Below, piece after piece: positions 1 to 15,167 of a stretch of 64,000 nt of DNA (positions are counted from its first letter, which is position 1; every line of letters starts with the position of its first letter). The stretch lies in assembly GCF_009914755.1 (NCBI RefSeq), contig NC_060947.1; one strand, given 5' to 3'. A program made the translations under genes and the position numbers. The DNA is from the human T2T-CHM13v2.0 reference genome, Homo sapiens. The notes under the pieces were generated by a model, which was given only the letters and a program-made list of their open reading frames with translations, was not told the DNA's origin and ran no database searches.

Positions 1-428
1 ATTGCACTGAACTGGGCTGCTCAGGGATCCAGGACCTGTGGGGCTCCATGTGGGCTTGAGCAGCACCTCTGCAAAGACTCCCAGCAGCTCTCTGTGTCGG
101 TCTAGAGGCCCGGGGCTGGAGTTAGGGGGATTCTGCCATGCCCAGGGTTGCAAAGGTCCCTGTTGGAAGTGTGAATCTCCCGGGCACTCTCCCTCACTCA
201 CCTTTTCCCCATGGTAGGGAGTTTCTCACTGGTGCGCACTAGTCCTGGGCGGGTGGCTGCCCAGCTTCAGTCCTTTCTGTTCTCTGTGGGTGCCTTGCTT
301 CCTTGGTAAATCCTGACACGGTCTCAGATGATTCCCTTGAAGAGCTAGTATTTACTCACCATTATGTTTCCTCTTCATGAGATCGCTACACACTAGCTGC
401 TTCTAGTAAGCCATTTTGGACCAACCTC
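1..428 (-). mobile_element. 5' UTR end of an old primate L1 (L1PB-like), continuing left of the window
   Basis: Minus strand starts ...AAAATGGCTTACTAGAAGCAGCTAGTGTG, typical of L1PB-type 5' ends. Confidence 0.6.
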
Positions 429-1305
429 CAAATATCAAGCTTTTAAAAAGAATAAAAAGCCATCTTATCTGGTACACTTGAAATACAAATTTTGAATTTT
501 GAAATTATGTTTCGTCTGAGCAGGAGGCTTGCTGGCATGACTTGGCCTGCAAAATTGACCTACTTTGATCTTTGTAATTAAACGAGACTTTTGAACTTCT
601 TCTCTGTAAATGAATTCTTCAAAATGGTCATTAAAGATACTCCTCGTACGTCTTTGTTCATATTTTTTGTTTTAAATAAAGATTGACTTGCCATCAGTAA
701 CAAATGTAAAACTAATACAAAGACACTATCTGGAGTAGGCCGTAAATGTACTGGTCTGTGTATACCCGGCATCTAGGAAGTAAATAATAATAATTATGGC
801 ACTTATTATTACATGGGATAGCAAAGCATTTATTGACACCCAAAGCTTCAGGTGAAACACAGAATTAAATGGCTTCTCTAATTAGATGGCTCCGCTAGAA
901 AGGAAGGTGCAAAATATTACGGAAGAGCATTGATCACAGTGCATTGGCCCATTATTACCCAAATTCTGAACGATAAAGGATGTTTTTTAATTAATTCTCT
1001 ATCTCCCCATTGAATTATTGGACTCCTCACCACGTTTTCCATTGCTTGAATGACATATGGGAGTGATCACCTGTCTGCTGCTATAGGTGTGGAATATGGG
1101 AATCAGTTCTTTTCCTAGGTCTGTTCTTAGGCAGGCAGATTTGATTTTGTGTCCGGACAGCAATTCCAAGACAGTCAGCACCATTACTCCCAGAATTGTA
1201 TTTCTAATCACAGGACAATAAATTTCTAATTAGACACCAACTTATGTAAAATAAACATGTAGCAGAAAAGCCAGGAAAAATTAAGTTAGGTTAGAAGTTA
1301 AAAGT

Positions 1306-1435
1306 AGCCGGGTGTGATGGTGTACACCTGTAGTCCCAGCTACTTTGGAAGCTGAGATAGGAGGATCATTTGACCACAGGAGTTCAAAGTCAGCCTCGGC
1401 AATAAAATGAGACCCCCATTCCCTTCCAAAAAAGT
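1306..1435 (+). mobile_element. Alu monomer (FLAM/FAM-like)
   Basis: GCCGGGTGTGATGG...CCTGTAGTCCCAGCTACT...GGAGTTCAAAGTCAGCCT single arm. Confidence 0.8.
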
Positions 1436-1437
1436 AG

Positions 1438-1785
<348 letters not shown>

Positions 1786-2227
1786 CCTAAATCTCAATTT
1801 TTAAATCAGCAATGTGAGTGCAACAATATTTGATAATTTAGATTTGCTGCTTGTGTTTTCCTTGTATATTATGTCTGGGAAGTTGACATAATATATGGCC
1901 ATACTTAAGGGGCCATGAAATGCTCAGTTAATATGGTATATATTAGGTGCTCAATAAGTAATTGTTAAACAAAATTTTAAAAATTGGAAACTGAAGAAGG
2001 AATTTCCTCAGAAATTTCATCAGACAACTATCAAGCAGTTACTCTGTATCTCAGGTATGAGGCCTTGGGGATGCAAGGCTGAATCTTGCATGCTCACGTT
2101 TTTCAAAACTAGAGAGATAGAGTTTGGAACATGTGGAGTTGTTAATATATTTATTAACTTTCCACAGTAGAAATACATTATAGTTGTTCCACAGAGTAGG
2201 GGATTGTATTAATCATGTTTTAATTTT

Positions 2228-2760
2228 TTTTCTGTATTTTATGATGCTTTGACATCTTGGGGCCTTTTTGGACTAGGGAAAGAAATGCCTCCTCAAGAGT
2301 TACCTAATTCCCAAAGACAGCAAACAATTTGCTTGCAAGAATTTTTTTATAAGTAAACTAATCAGTCACAAGACCATATCCTATCCACCTCTTTTTATCA
2401 GTTTCCTGCAGTCTGTGACACTATTCCCCTGCCCAGGTCTAGGTTCTGGACAACTAGGGATCAACGCTGTAGCCCAGACTTTGCCAAAATTATTCAAACT
2501 ATCCGATTCTAAGCCTGCTTAGCTTTCTTATACTGCCTCTCCTGCTCTTTGCCACAGAAACAACAATAAAGACTATAAATCCGTGCTTTCTCTCTCTTTT
2601 CTCCATACCCTGACTTACTCTGGTGTTTCCTTCATGTGGCCCTACATGAAGTTGCATGTCCCTCCTGTTGGCAATTGTGAGTACCTATCCTCCGAATGGC
2701 AACTGTCTCCTAATCTATTGACCACACCAAACCTGAATAATAAAACCTACATTTCAAAAT
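2228..2760 (+). mobile_element. ERV1 solo LTR, MER39-like
   Basis: TTTGACATCTTGGGGCCTT...CTAATTCCCAAAGACAGCAAACAA, internal AATAAA; resembles recalled MER39. Confidence 0.6.
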
Positions 2761-3129
2761 AGGAATGGTATATTCTCCTAGCATACGATTGGGTGGACAC
2801 GCTGGCATTTAGCAGCTCTTAATGAACCCCTATCCATTTCAGAAACTAGAACCTAAAAATATAAACTGATTCACTTGTTCAGCAGCATTTTCTAAAACCT
2901 AGACTATGCTATCAGTAACTCGGGGACAAATATTTTAGTAACTGATCTGTTAATCTGTCAAGTTTCATTGATTACCGTTTATTCAACTCCTATCAAACTC
3001 TGGGCTATTATCTAAACACCTAAATGACACATGAAATATGCTTCATTTTAGTATGTAGTTTTTAGAGTTAAGCTTTAGTAAACCAAATGTCTTTCTATGT
3101 TATTATTTTTCTTTTATCCACAGTCTGAA

Positions 3130-3318
3130 GTGGGGCTTCTCAAAGTATGGAGTGCTTGAGAATCATCTGGAGAGCTGGTAAAACACAGACTGCTGGACCC
3201 CACTCCCACAGGTTCCGATTCAGTAGGTCTGGGATGGGACCCAAGAATCTGGATCTCTAATATGCTTCCACATGATGATGATGATGCTGGTCTACAGGCC
3301 ATGCTTTGAATATAGCCC
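3130..3318. mobile_element. MER5A hAT-Charlie DNA element
   Basis: TTCTCAAAGT...AGAATCATCTGGAGAGCT...GATTCAGTAGGTCTGGG...CTTTGAA. Confidence 0.85.
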
Positions 3319-4489
3319 TGGCCTAAATCACAGACACCCGATGTTGGCTTCACAGTTTATATCTGAAATTCAGCTTGAGCATTATTGAGAATTCCCAGCA
3401 TGAAGGACCTATGACAGAAAAAGATAATCATTTACTGCTTCTCTTTGACTATTATTTTTTTCCAGCCTAGACTGACTCCATTTTATTTCCAATGTTTCCT
3501 TTAATCCCTAAGTACCTGGAGATGCAGAACCATTCTGTAGAATTTTATTGTCCTAGTTTTTACCCCGATGAATCATCTTTCGACAGACATGTGAGCCCTC
3601 AGCAAATGCATTATGTCATCTTTCTGAGCGCCACAGAGAGAACTGATACGCCTTTGGTCTGATGTGAAATGATGGCTTCAGTGTGCCCACCATGCTGCGA
3701 CTCTGACTTGGGAGGGTTCCCAGAATTGTGACAGAAAACCCTTTGGCTGGTGCCAAGTGGGGAAGGGGTGGGCTTGTGATTCTGTTTCTCAAACCACCCA
3801 ACTCCATGCATGTGTGAGCAGATCTGTCTCCTCCCAGGCTGCCACATTCAAAAGTGGGATATATTTTTAGAGACGAAATCATTAGTTCTTAGTCCCTCCC
3901 AAGATTCTTTTTTTCCCCATTAAGTAAATTTTAAGAACCTGGTTTTTATAAGAAAATTTTCAGGATTTTAGAAAAAAATGGTAATGATTATAGCCTTGGT
4001 ACAATGAACCCATTTGCCTCCCTTCTAGACAAAGGCAGACTTCCCACAGCAGTCACTGCCTGAAGCTCCTGGGCCCTACATCCAATATCCAAATCAACTT
4101 GATCTTTCACATCTTATTACAGAAGCTCCTGCCTCTTTTGATTTTCTGGGTCTTGTAAACCTAGGATTTCAAAAATCAACTTTATTGTACATTGAACAAT
4201 TGCTTTTTAAGCTTATTGTAATATCTCATAATGGACTTTTAGTAAATAAACCTCTGTCTTACATATGTAAAATTTTTTTCTTAAGAACAAAAAATGTTAA
4301 TAGACATTCTCTATATTAAAGCAGAAACTACTGAACATTTTTCTAATCTCCTGAAATTCATGGTTATAATACAAGAATTTTAACATGCTTTCTTTGCCTC
4401 CAGTCAATAGATGAGATTTTAATAGTTTTTATACTTGAAAATGCACTAAAATTGTCCATTTTTGCTTTTGATTAAATTGTATTTGTAAA

Positions 4490-6200
4490 TTGAATGGTGA
4501 TTAATTAGAAAATATTGTTAAAATGTTCATAATGCTCAAAGCAATCTACAAATTCAATGCAATTTCTTTCAAAGTTGCAATGGCATTTTTCATAGAAATA
4601 GGGAAAAAATCTTAAAATTCATAAAGAACCACAAAAGATCCCAATAGCCCATTTATTCTTGGACAAAAAAAAAAAAGCTGGAGGCATCATACTGCTTGAA
4701 TTTTAAATTATACTGCAAAGCAATACTAATAAAAACAGTATTCTCCAATGATAAAAACAGATACATAGACCAATGGAAGAGAGTAGAGGGCCAGACATAA
4801 GCCACACATATAAGTGTATTGATAAATATACGATGGAAAAAGGACAGTCCCCTTAACAAATTGTGTTGGGAAAACTTGATAACCACATACAGAATGATAA
4901 AATTGGACATATGTTACACCATATACGAACATTTACTTGAAATGGATTAAAGACTTAAATGTAAAACCTGAAGTCATAAAATTCCTAGAAGAAAACACAG
5001 GGAAAAAGTTCCATGACATTTTTCTGGGCAATGATTTTTGGATATAACCTCAAAAGCACAGGCAGCAAAAGCAAAAAATACATAAATGGGATTACAACAA
5101 GCTAAAAAGCTTCTAAACAGCGTAAAAGAATTAATAGAGTGAAGAGACAATCTATGCCATGGTAGAAAATATTTGCAAATCATATATCTGATAATTAGTT
5201 AATATCCAAAATACGTAAAGAACACATGCGACTCAATAGCAAGAAAACAAATAACCCAATTTTTTAAAATGGGCCAAGGATCTGAATAACCATTTTTGCA
5301 TAGAAGACATACATGTATGTGAAAAATTGCTAAACCTTATTAATCATCAGAAAATGCAAATCAAAACCCCAGTGAGATATCACCTAACTCCAGTTAGAAC
5401 GGCTACTATCAGTAAGACAAAAGATAAATGTTGGCAAGGATGTGAGGGAAATGAAACTCTGTATACTAGGAAAGTACATTAGTGGAAAACTCTAAGAAGG
5501 TTCCTCGAAAAATTAAAAATAGAATCACCATTTAATCCAGTAATGCCTCTTCTGGGTATATATTCAAAAAAACTAAAATCAGTATTCCCAAGAGAATCTT
5601 CACTGCCATGTTTATTGAAGCATTATTATTCATAATAACTAAGATATGGAAATAAATGAAATGTCCACAAATGAATAAAGAATACACACACACACACACA
5701 CACACAAATATTATTTAACCATTAAAAATAAAATCCTGCCATTTGTAATAATGTAGATAATCCTGAAAAAAAATTATGTTAAGTAAGACAAATAAGACAC
5801 AGAAAGACAACTAGTCTATGATATTAATCATATGTAGAATCTTTAACAGATGAGCTCACAGAAGCAGAATGCAAAATAGTGGTTGCCCGGAGGTGGGGAT
5901 TAGAGGAAATGGGAAGATGTTAGTGAAAGGGTTCAAACTTTTAGTTTTAAGAGAGTAAGTGTAGGGATCTAATATGCACAATGGCAACTACAGTTAGTAA
6001 TACTAAGAGTAGTCCTTAAGTATTCCTTAACCACCCTCCCATACACTATAGTAATTATGTGTAGCAATGAAAATGTTAATTAAATTAATTATGGTAATCA
6101 GTGTATAATATATGTGTGAATCAAATAATTATGCTCTACATCTTGGATAGACAAAATATGCAATCTGTGATTTATACCTCAATAAAACTGGAAAAAAAAA
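4490..6200 (+). mobile_element. L1MA-type LINE, 3' ORF2 + 3' UTR
   Basis: Degenerate ORF2 motifs (GCTGGAGGCATCATACT, ATAGACCAATGGAA), ends TATACCTCAATAAAACTGGAAAAAAAAAA; internal (CA)n at 5684-5705. Confidence 0.9.
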
Positions 6201-7416
6201 CATAAAAGAACATGTACCTGTAAATGTGTAATGGGGAATGTCCTCATTTAGAAGCCTATTTAAAATTCATAATCAGCTTGTGGCTGATAAGGCCCAGCAA
6301 CTCCCTAGGAGAAACACGGCGTATTGCATTTCATACCACCCTCTCTCCCTACAGCTATAACATCTTAATTTTACAATTTAATCTTATTGAGACTGAGACC
6401 GTCAATTTTAGGTGAGCAGGAGATGGATTTTGTAAAGAAATACAAGGAACTCAAAGGGAAGGAATTTTAAAATGTGACAACATAAAGTCCAAAGGGTTTC
6501 TGTGGTCCAAGGCTGGAGGAAGGGCCCATCATTGTAAAGCAGCCAACTGTAGCCCCTCTGTTTTGCTGAGATGATGGAGGAGGAGAGTGAGGGTATATCA
6601 ATCCAGGTCAGTCTTCCCTTCTACTTAAAAGTTTAGTGTGGCAAATGAAGATGGCCCAAACAATAGAATTCGATGGGATGCTGCTGCGTCAGTTTCTGGA
6701 CCCAGACCTTAAGAGATGGGAAGCTTCCACTATTTGTCTTTTGGAACACCTATTCTTGGAACCAAGCCTCCACAGAAGCACAGCTATATTATATGTGCCT
6801 TTGCAAGATGTTTGGATGCATTCTCAGCAGAAGGTAGAATATAAATAAACAAATACACAAAAGAATGTTACAAATGCAAATGTAAAAGGCAACAGAGTAA
6901 TTCAGTATAATAGGAATGAACAGTTTGAGGTCCAGCACTTGTTAAGTCAGTCTACAAGTGCTGAAATTATGCAAAAGGAAAGGTGTTTTTTAGGAAGACC
7001 TAAAACAACTTTTTAATTTTATACTCTCCCAACTCAACTCAGGCCTATTCCCAATAGAAGCACTGAGCCTCAAATGGCAGTCAGAAATTTTGTCCTGAAT
7101 AAACAGTTTCAAGTGATAAATCAGGAATCTAGGTCACATATGTATTAGACATGTGTTCTTGTGTATATGGACATTCTAATAACCCATATCAATGTGGCTT
7201 TTAACAATTCTTTCCTTTTTAAAAAATTGGATGAATATTTACTCTAGAAACATTTATTGAGAGCCCAATGAGAGTTGAAGTTGTACTTTATAGTATATAT
7301 TTTCTAATAAGATATACTTTTGCTAAAAGAGACAGCTGCCTATGGTGATACTTTCCTTTTGCATAATTTAAGCTATCTGTAACACTGCAAACAAGATTAA
7401 AAAATGAGTCTATCGT

Positions 7417-7746
<330 letters not shown>

Positions 7747-8439
7747 TCACTATGCAGAAATAGGTAGATTCTCGGTAATTGCGATGAGTCTGACTCATTT
7801 CTGAGGAAGAGGAATTTTTTTAATCCTGTTTTTGTATAAAAATAATTGTTATTTAATGTAATTAAAAACATTAAAATGGTGAATAATTTGTGAGTTTGGT
7901 GTTTTATATATTCAAATAAAGCTAGAAGGTATTTTTAAGGAAGACCTAAAACAACTTTTTAATTTTATATTCTCTCAACTCAACTCTGCTTTTTTTCATT
8001 GTTTCATATCAGCTGTGCAAACATTCAATACTAAATAATAAAGAGATAGAGCTAAACAGGTAATAAACTTGAATTAGGTAAACTTAATCCAGGTACATAG
8101 AACACACCATTAGGGCATATTAATCTTACTAATAGCTTAATCTGATAGATACCAACTTCAAATTAATAACTTGAAGGTAATTAATAAAAAAGAGGGAACC
8201 ACTGCCTTTGTAAGAAGAACAAATAAAGTAGAGAGAATCATTGTGAGTAACATAGAAACCTACATTTTCTATATATTTTGAAGTTTAGAAAAAAATAATT
8301 TCTCCCATTTTGGGTTAAAAAGTTTTTCTTTAATAAAGCATGTAAAACCTTAAGTTTAAAATTAAAATTATTTTTAAAAGACATAAAATATTTTATGTGA
8401 GTGGTTCTCATAAAACAGATTCATTTCTATTAAAAGTAA

Positions 8440-11400
8440 ACATGGCGGTGATATAATTGAAGATGATATTGTAGAGGCATCCAAGATCCTGTCCCCACTT
8501 ACACACTGACACACAAATTAAAAATAAGTAAATAAATAAAGTCGTTAAAATCAACTTTCCCAAGCAAATGCTGAGTCAAGAAAAACGGAGACTTAAATAT
8601 CAGAGTTTTGTGATGTTTTATTTCAACCTTGCTATTCTTTCAAAGAGAGGAGCAATTCTGAGAATGACAACCTGTGCTTCCATGTTAATACAGGTTTCTG
8701 AGGGAGCAAGGTAAACCTTCCCCTAAAAATGGAGTTTGTCTGTTCTAACTAATTTATGGGTTCCCTGAAGGAATGATCCAAATTACTTGGTTTTGTTTGC
8801 TTTTTTCACAACTTTCTCAGAAAAGCAAAGCAGCTAAGAAGAGGTATTTCTTAAAAAGACAATGTAGACCTTGCAGAATAAGGCAAAAATTAAAGTTGTT
8901 GAAAGCAATAAACATGCTGAAAGCTTGGGAGGAAAACCTGGGGGTGAAAGGGTTATGAAGAGCTCTGTATATAAAAAATCCAGGCATGCATCCAGGGCAG
9001 TATGCATGGTCAGAAAATACCAAGTAAACAGCTATCAATAAGACAATGTACTAAGAAGCTCTAGATGCTATTTCCCCATAGAAACACTAAGTAAACTACA
9101 GAATGGTGAAAATGGTCTTGTGGGAGCTCTAGGAACAAGTAAAGGATCTGCAGCAACCAAACAGCAAACACCCAACCAAGGTGGGGTGGGGTGGGGGGAC
9201 CACTCAAAATGGTAGGAAATTTCATAGTGTTTTTCTTCCCTTGTCCTATTTCCTTTCCAGTTTGTTACAGCATAATTTGGAGGAAGCTGCCCAATACCCA
9301 GTTCATCTCTCAGAATAAGAGTAAAAGTAGAACTTGTTTAAAACATTCTGACCTCAGATGGGAATGAAGACATATTTGAATATCAGGTTGGAGATTACAG
9401 AATGCAGTATAGAGCATAAGAAACAGGGAAATGCAGATAGGAGGGCACATAGGAACAAAAGGATTATAGGCAGAAGAATACAATAAAACATTTGAAGCCT
9501 CTAAAAAGAAGCAGGGGTGAGACTGTTTGGAAAATTAAGACATTTCAAACAGACATATATATGAAAAATTGAGGAAACATACAGGTCCAGAGAAAACACA
9601 TGCACAGAAAAAGCCTTAAGAAAACATAAGCATTCACACTGAGTAATTATGGAAGGTATTTTTCTGCAGACAGTCAGTTTGCAAACCCTAGGAGAGGGAG
9701 CTGCTTTTAAAATGCCCAATTTTCAACAAAAGATTACAAGAAATACAAAGAAACAGATAAACATGGCCTATTCAAAAAAAATTAATAAATTCCCAGGAAC
9801 TGACTGTCCTCTTAAAAAGAGCTTAGACTTACTAAACAAGATCTCTAAAATGCAATATTAAATATGCTCACATAGCTAAGGAAGCATACAGACAGAAAAC
9901 TAAGAAAATTTTTAAAAGAATAACATATGAACAAAAGGAGAATATCAACAAAGACATAGAAATAATAATAATGCACAAGTAAAAATTCCAGAGAAGAAAA
10001 ATATAACTCTCTATACATTCACTAGAGAAGATTAACAGCAGACTTGACCAGGCAGCAGAAAGCATCAGCAAACCTGAAGACATTATTTGAGATTATCTGT
10101 TCAGAGGAACAAAGACAAAAAAAGAAGAAGAGAAGAGTAGACAAAGCCCAGTGTACTTATAGAACCCCATTAAGTTGTGCAAAATACAAATTACAAGAGT
10201 CCTTCATAGAAACAATTTAATTTTTTACAGATTTTCTATTAAAAATGAGAAAAAAGAGAGTAGAGGGAAGAAAGAAGACAGAAAGCAGCAAACACTTTAT
10301 TTGAAAAAATTATGGGTGAAAACCTCTCAAATTTAAGAAAAGAACTGGAGATACAAATCTAATAAGCTCAGCAAATAAAGTAGGATAAACTCGAAAAAGA
10401 GCCACACTGAGATATATTAAAATCAAACAGTTGAAAGTCAAAGACAAAGAGAGCATTTATATTTGTCGATGTATTAAGTTTTAGCAGGAAACTATATTTT
10501 ACATAAGTTTAATTTTCTGACTAGCATCTCAGTCTCAACTTGAAAAAATTCTTCAGCATTTCTTGTATGGTGGGTCCGGTGTATGAACTCTGTTAACTTT
10601 TAGTTATAGGAAATGTATTAATTTCTCACTCATTTTAACAATAGTTTTGATAGACACAGAATTCTCAGTTGACAGGTATTTTTGCTTTGTTTTGTTTTCA
10701 GCACAATAAATATATCATCCTCAGGCTTCTGGCCTGCAAGGTTTTTGCCACTAATCTGCTGATAATTGTATTGAGGATCATTGTATGTGATGACTTGCTT
10801 TTCTCTTCTTATTTCAAGATGCTCTCTTTGTCTTTGACTTTCAACTATTTGATTTTAATATATCTCAGTGTGGCTCTTTTTCAAGTTTATCCTACCTTAT
10901 TTGCTGAACTTATTGGATTTGTATCTTCAGTTCTTTTCCTAAATTTGGGAGGTTTTCACCCATGAATTTTTCAAATAAACTGCTTGCTGTTTTCTCTCTT
11001 CTTTCTTCCGTCTACTCTCTTTTCTCTCATTTTTAATAGAAAATCTATAAAAAAATTAGATTGTTTCTATAAAGGACTCTTGTAATTTGTATTTTGCTCA
11101 ACTTGGTGGGGTTCTGTAAGTACACTGGGCTCTGTTTACTCTTCTCTTCTTTTTTTTTTTTTTTTTTTTTGTCTTTGTTCCTCTGAACAGATAATTGCAA
11201 ATAATGTCTTCAGGTTTGCTGATTCTTTCTGCTGCCTGGTCAAGTCTGCTGTTAATCTCCTCTAGTGAATGTACAGAGAGTTATATTTTTCTTCTCTGGA
11301 ATTTTTACTTGTGCATTATTATTATTTCCATGTCTTTGTTGATATTCTCATTTTGTTCATATGTTATTCTTGTAAAATTTTCCTTAGCTTTCTGTCTGTA

Positions 11401-12910
11401 TGCTTCTTTAGCTATGTGAGCATATTTAAGATTGCGTTTTAGAGGTCTTGTCTAGTAAGGCTAAGCTTTTTTTAGGAGGACAGTCAGTTCCTGGGAATTT
11501 ATTAATTTTTTTGAACATACCACGTTTATCTGTTTCTTTGTATTTCTTGTAATCTTTTGTTGAAAATTGGGCATTTTAAAAGCAGCTCCCTCTCCTAGGG
11601 TTTGCAAACTGATTGTTTGCAGAAAAATCAGCATTATTGTAATTGTGGTAACTCCACTTTTTACTCTATTAGAAAATTTGAAAGACAAAAGCATAAAAAT
11701 ACCTAGAAGTTATATTAATGGGTACACAATAAGTAAAGATATAATTCATGACATTAATAATACAAAGGAGAAAGAGTAAAAGTAGTAATGAAGTAGTTTT
11801 TCTATGCAAGTGAAGCTAATTTGGTTTCATTTTCAAATAAATTGGATTATTTTTGTATGTAATTTGTAATACTAATGCTAACAAAAAAAGAAAAGATATA
11901 TAGAATATACATAAAAGGAAATGAGAAAGGAATCAAAGTATGTTTCTACAAATAATCAGCTTAACACAATAAGAGGCAGCAGGGAGAAAATGAGAAACAA
12001 AAAGTTACATAAGACATAAGAAAAAAAATGTCAACAGAAAGCCTTTCTTTTGAAGTAATTATTTTAAATATAAATGGACTAAACTCCTCAATGAAAAGGC
12101 ATAAATTAGCAAAATAGATTAAAAACAGGATCAGCTATACGCTGTTTACAAAAGACACACTTTTGAGCTAAGGACATGCATGTACTGACAGTGAAAGGAT
12201 AACAGAGTTGGAGGTCTCAAGCTGCCTGATTCAAAACATACTATACAGCTACAGTAATCAAAAAATGTAGTACTGGCAAAAAGGCAGATGTGTAGACCAA
12301 TTAAAGACTAGAGAGCTGAGAAATAAGCCTTCTTGCAGCTGGTCAAACAATCTTTAAGAAGGATACCAAGACAACACAATGGAAATAAACATTCTCTTCA
12401 ACAAATGGTGGTGTAAAAATTGGATATTCACATGCAAAAGAATAAAGTTAGACCCTTATTCTACTCCATATGCAAAATTAACTCACTCAAAACAAACAAA
12501 TTAAAGGCATAAATGTAATATCTAAAACCATAAATCTGCTAGAAGGAAAAATAGGACTTATGCTAAGTCAAATAAATTCATCACAAAATGATAAATACTG
12601 TATGATTTCACTTTTATGAGACATAAATAGAAATAGAAAGTATAATTGTAGTTGCCAGGGGCTAGGAGGGAGGAGGAAATGGTGAATTGTCCAGTGGATG
12701 TGAAGTTACATATATGAAGAAAAAGTTCTAGAGATCTATAGCACAACAATTAAATATAATTAACAATAGTGAACTCTTCATGTAAAATGGCAAAGATAAT
12801 AAATTAAGATGTATTTTTATCAAAAACATATAAAAGAGGATAAATTTAGATGCCTTAGTCAATCCATGTAAAAAAAAATTCATCCCAAATGGATTGTAGT
12901 CCTAAATATA
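8440..12910 (+). mobile_element. Old L1M cluster (5' UTR, ORF1, ORF2 pieces, 3' end) containing an internal inverted duplication
   Basis: A-rich L1 ORF1/ORF2-like sequence on plus (e.g. TAAATGGACTAAACTCCTCAATGAAAAGGC); 10457-11628 is in the opposite orientation. Confidence 0.75.
9658..11628. repeat. Long inverted repeat: arms 9658-10456 and 10819-11628, 362-bp spacer
   Basis: Arms are reverse complements at roughly 90-95% by eye; mirrored track ORFs 9649+/11461- and 9868-/11195+ encode near-identical peptides. Confidence 0.97.
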
Positions 12911-13229
12911 AAAGCACATGATCATCTGAAGATGCAGAGCTTATTACATTTAGGTTTAATGGCACACTTCTTCGTAGTCTGGGCATTTTTTTGCCTGTAT
13001 TATTCTTTCTGCCCGGAATTATAAATCCTTATCCCACAATACCCCTTTACCTAATTAATTCTTATTTGTTTTTCTGGTCTCACGTTTATTAAGCTTTTTT
13101 CCTCAGTCCTCAGACTACATCACATGGCCTCCTGATATGCTCTCATATCAACCTGAACTACTTAATTTTACCACTTATTAAGGCTTCTCATTGATTGTAC
13201 ACTTTTAATGCTTTATTTTATGTCTATGG

Positions 13230-13730
13230 CCAGATAGCCATTTCCCTACCCAATATTTATTGCCACTTTTACTCTATCAAAAATGATTCTATTTTATAAT
13301 GAGTGAAAAAATTCTGGCTAAAACCTAAAGATAATAAGCTCCTTTGCACCTTCAGATGACCATGTGTTATAATTCTGACCATTAAGATATACATAAAAAG
13401 TATACAGTGAAGCTTCTGGGAATAATCTTTAAAATGGCAGCAGACTAAGCTGAGTTGGGTAGCTCTAGCTTATCATCAACTTTTCTCCATTCTTGCCTGG
13501 GGTAGTCACAATACTAGAAAAGAAGCAGCCACTTTGCAATCATGAGATGACATCCACACACTCTGCTGAGGCTGAGTAGAAAAATAGATGCAAAATGAAC
13601 TCCCCAATGGCATCGCAGAGCCACCATACTCCTTGGGACTTCATTTTAACACAAGAAAAATGGCCACTTTCTTATTGTCATTACTATTTTTTTTTTAGAG
13701 TTTCTCTTACAGCTTCACAAAAAGATAAGC
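13230..13730 (+). mobile_element. Degenerate MLT1-type MaLR LTR
   Basis: GCAGCCACTTTGCAATCATGAG...CAGAGCCACCATACTCCTTGGGACT-like MLT1 motifs. Confidence 0.45.
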
Positions 13731-15167
13731 AAAGAAGGAATGATATTAAAACTCTTTTACCTGGAGAAGAGGGTTGCATTCCATTAGACTGTATAATGTG
13801 GCTTCAGACAGTGATGCAGGGGGAAGTTATATGCCTTCCTGGGAACTCATGATTAGAGAAGTCAGTAGAAGAAAACAAAGTTGAGAGTGAGGCCAAGACA
13901 CGACCAGAGAAAAATGAGAGAGTTGTTCATTGAATGAGTTAAGTCAAAGAAAATGGAAGGAAAATTATGAGGTCTGTGGGCTATCTAATGCTCCTATTAT
14001 GAAGTGTGGTTGAGTTGGAGGAGAGAGGCTCAGTGCGGTTAGCATACTCATTATGTGCATTAAGCAGACTTGAATGCATTAAATGTGGAGTGAATTGATT
14101 TTATACAACTATCCTCAGCTGTCTTTTTAGAAAAATAATGACTAATGCATCTCTACAAATGTGTTTCTCTAAGATCTACGGGTTGAAGTACAGCACAGGT
14201 TAGGGAGTCTCTCTCTCTCTCTTCTCTCCCACCCCATTCCTTCCTCTGGAGAGATTTTCCCAAATGACTCCAGCTATGAGCCTCAGCATGTCCACACTGG
14301 GGAAAAGCCCACCTTTCCCATGAAGCAAGCCAAAGCCTCTATTGGAAGCAAACCCTGGCCTTCCTTCTCCAGAGCTTGCATCTGACCTGAGCTTTACACT
14401 GTTCTTCTCTTTCCCCATTGACTAGGCTGTTGTGTGCCTTAGAATAGACTTGCCCCATATACCGCTACTATTTATATCCTCCTGCTTCGTGCTGATTGAC
14501 CTAGCTTTGGGCTCTTTGCTTGCCCTGATCTTGGATAGTTTGTGTACGCTTCCTTACTGGCTTGTCTTGTGGATTCTGACCCACTTCCTGCTTTCACTTC
14601 TAGTACCTACTCAAGCAATAATTACTAACACTCTGCCTCTGCTTCCTTGGTATTTTGGCTGGGCCCTCGCAACTCATTGAATTATTTTGCAGGGCTGAAT
14701 GCAGAGAAGCAGAAGGAGACAGGACTGTTAAGCAGGAAATTTATGTGAGCACATAACATGTCCATATCCCAGCCACAAAAAAGAAGCTAAACTTTCTGCC
14801 CATGGCTGTGTTTATAGCATCCTCTCTCAGCAAGTCAGGAACTGGTTATTCCCTGGAATCTGATTTTATGAGCAAGCTCACTTTCAGTTGTCCACATTTC
14901 AAATCCTTAACTATCAATTCCTTTTTCTTACCTTTTTTTCTCTTCTTTTTTCAAAATTTAACATTTTAATCACTTGGGCACATCAAGTTCAGATTTTCAT
15001 AGAAGAGTTTGTTCAACCCAAATAAATGGTAAAATAAAAAATAAGGGAGAGGTTTATGGTGTGAAACTAACACTTTTTTGTATGTATTTGTTTGCAATTT
15101 GCTCGTAGTGAAAGACAACTAAGCATTGTGTGATTATCTGTTGCTAGTTCAAATTCAAATCTTAGGG

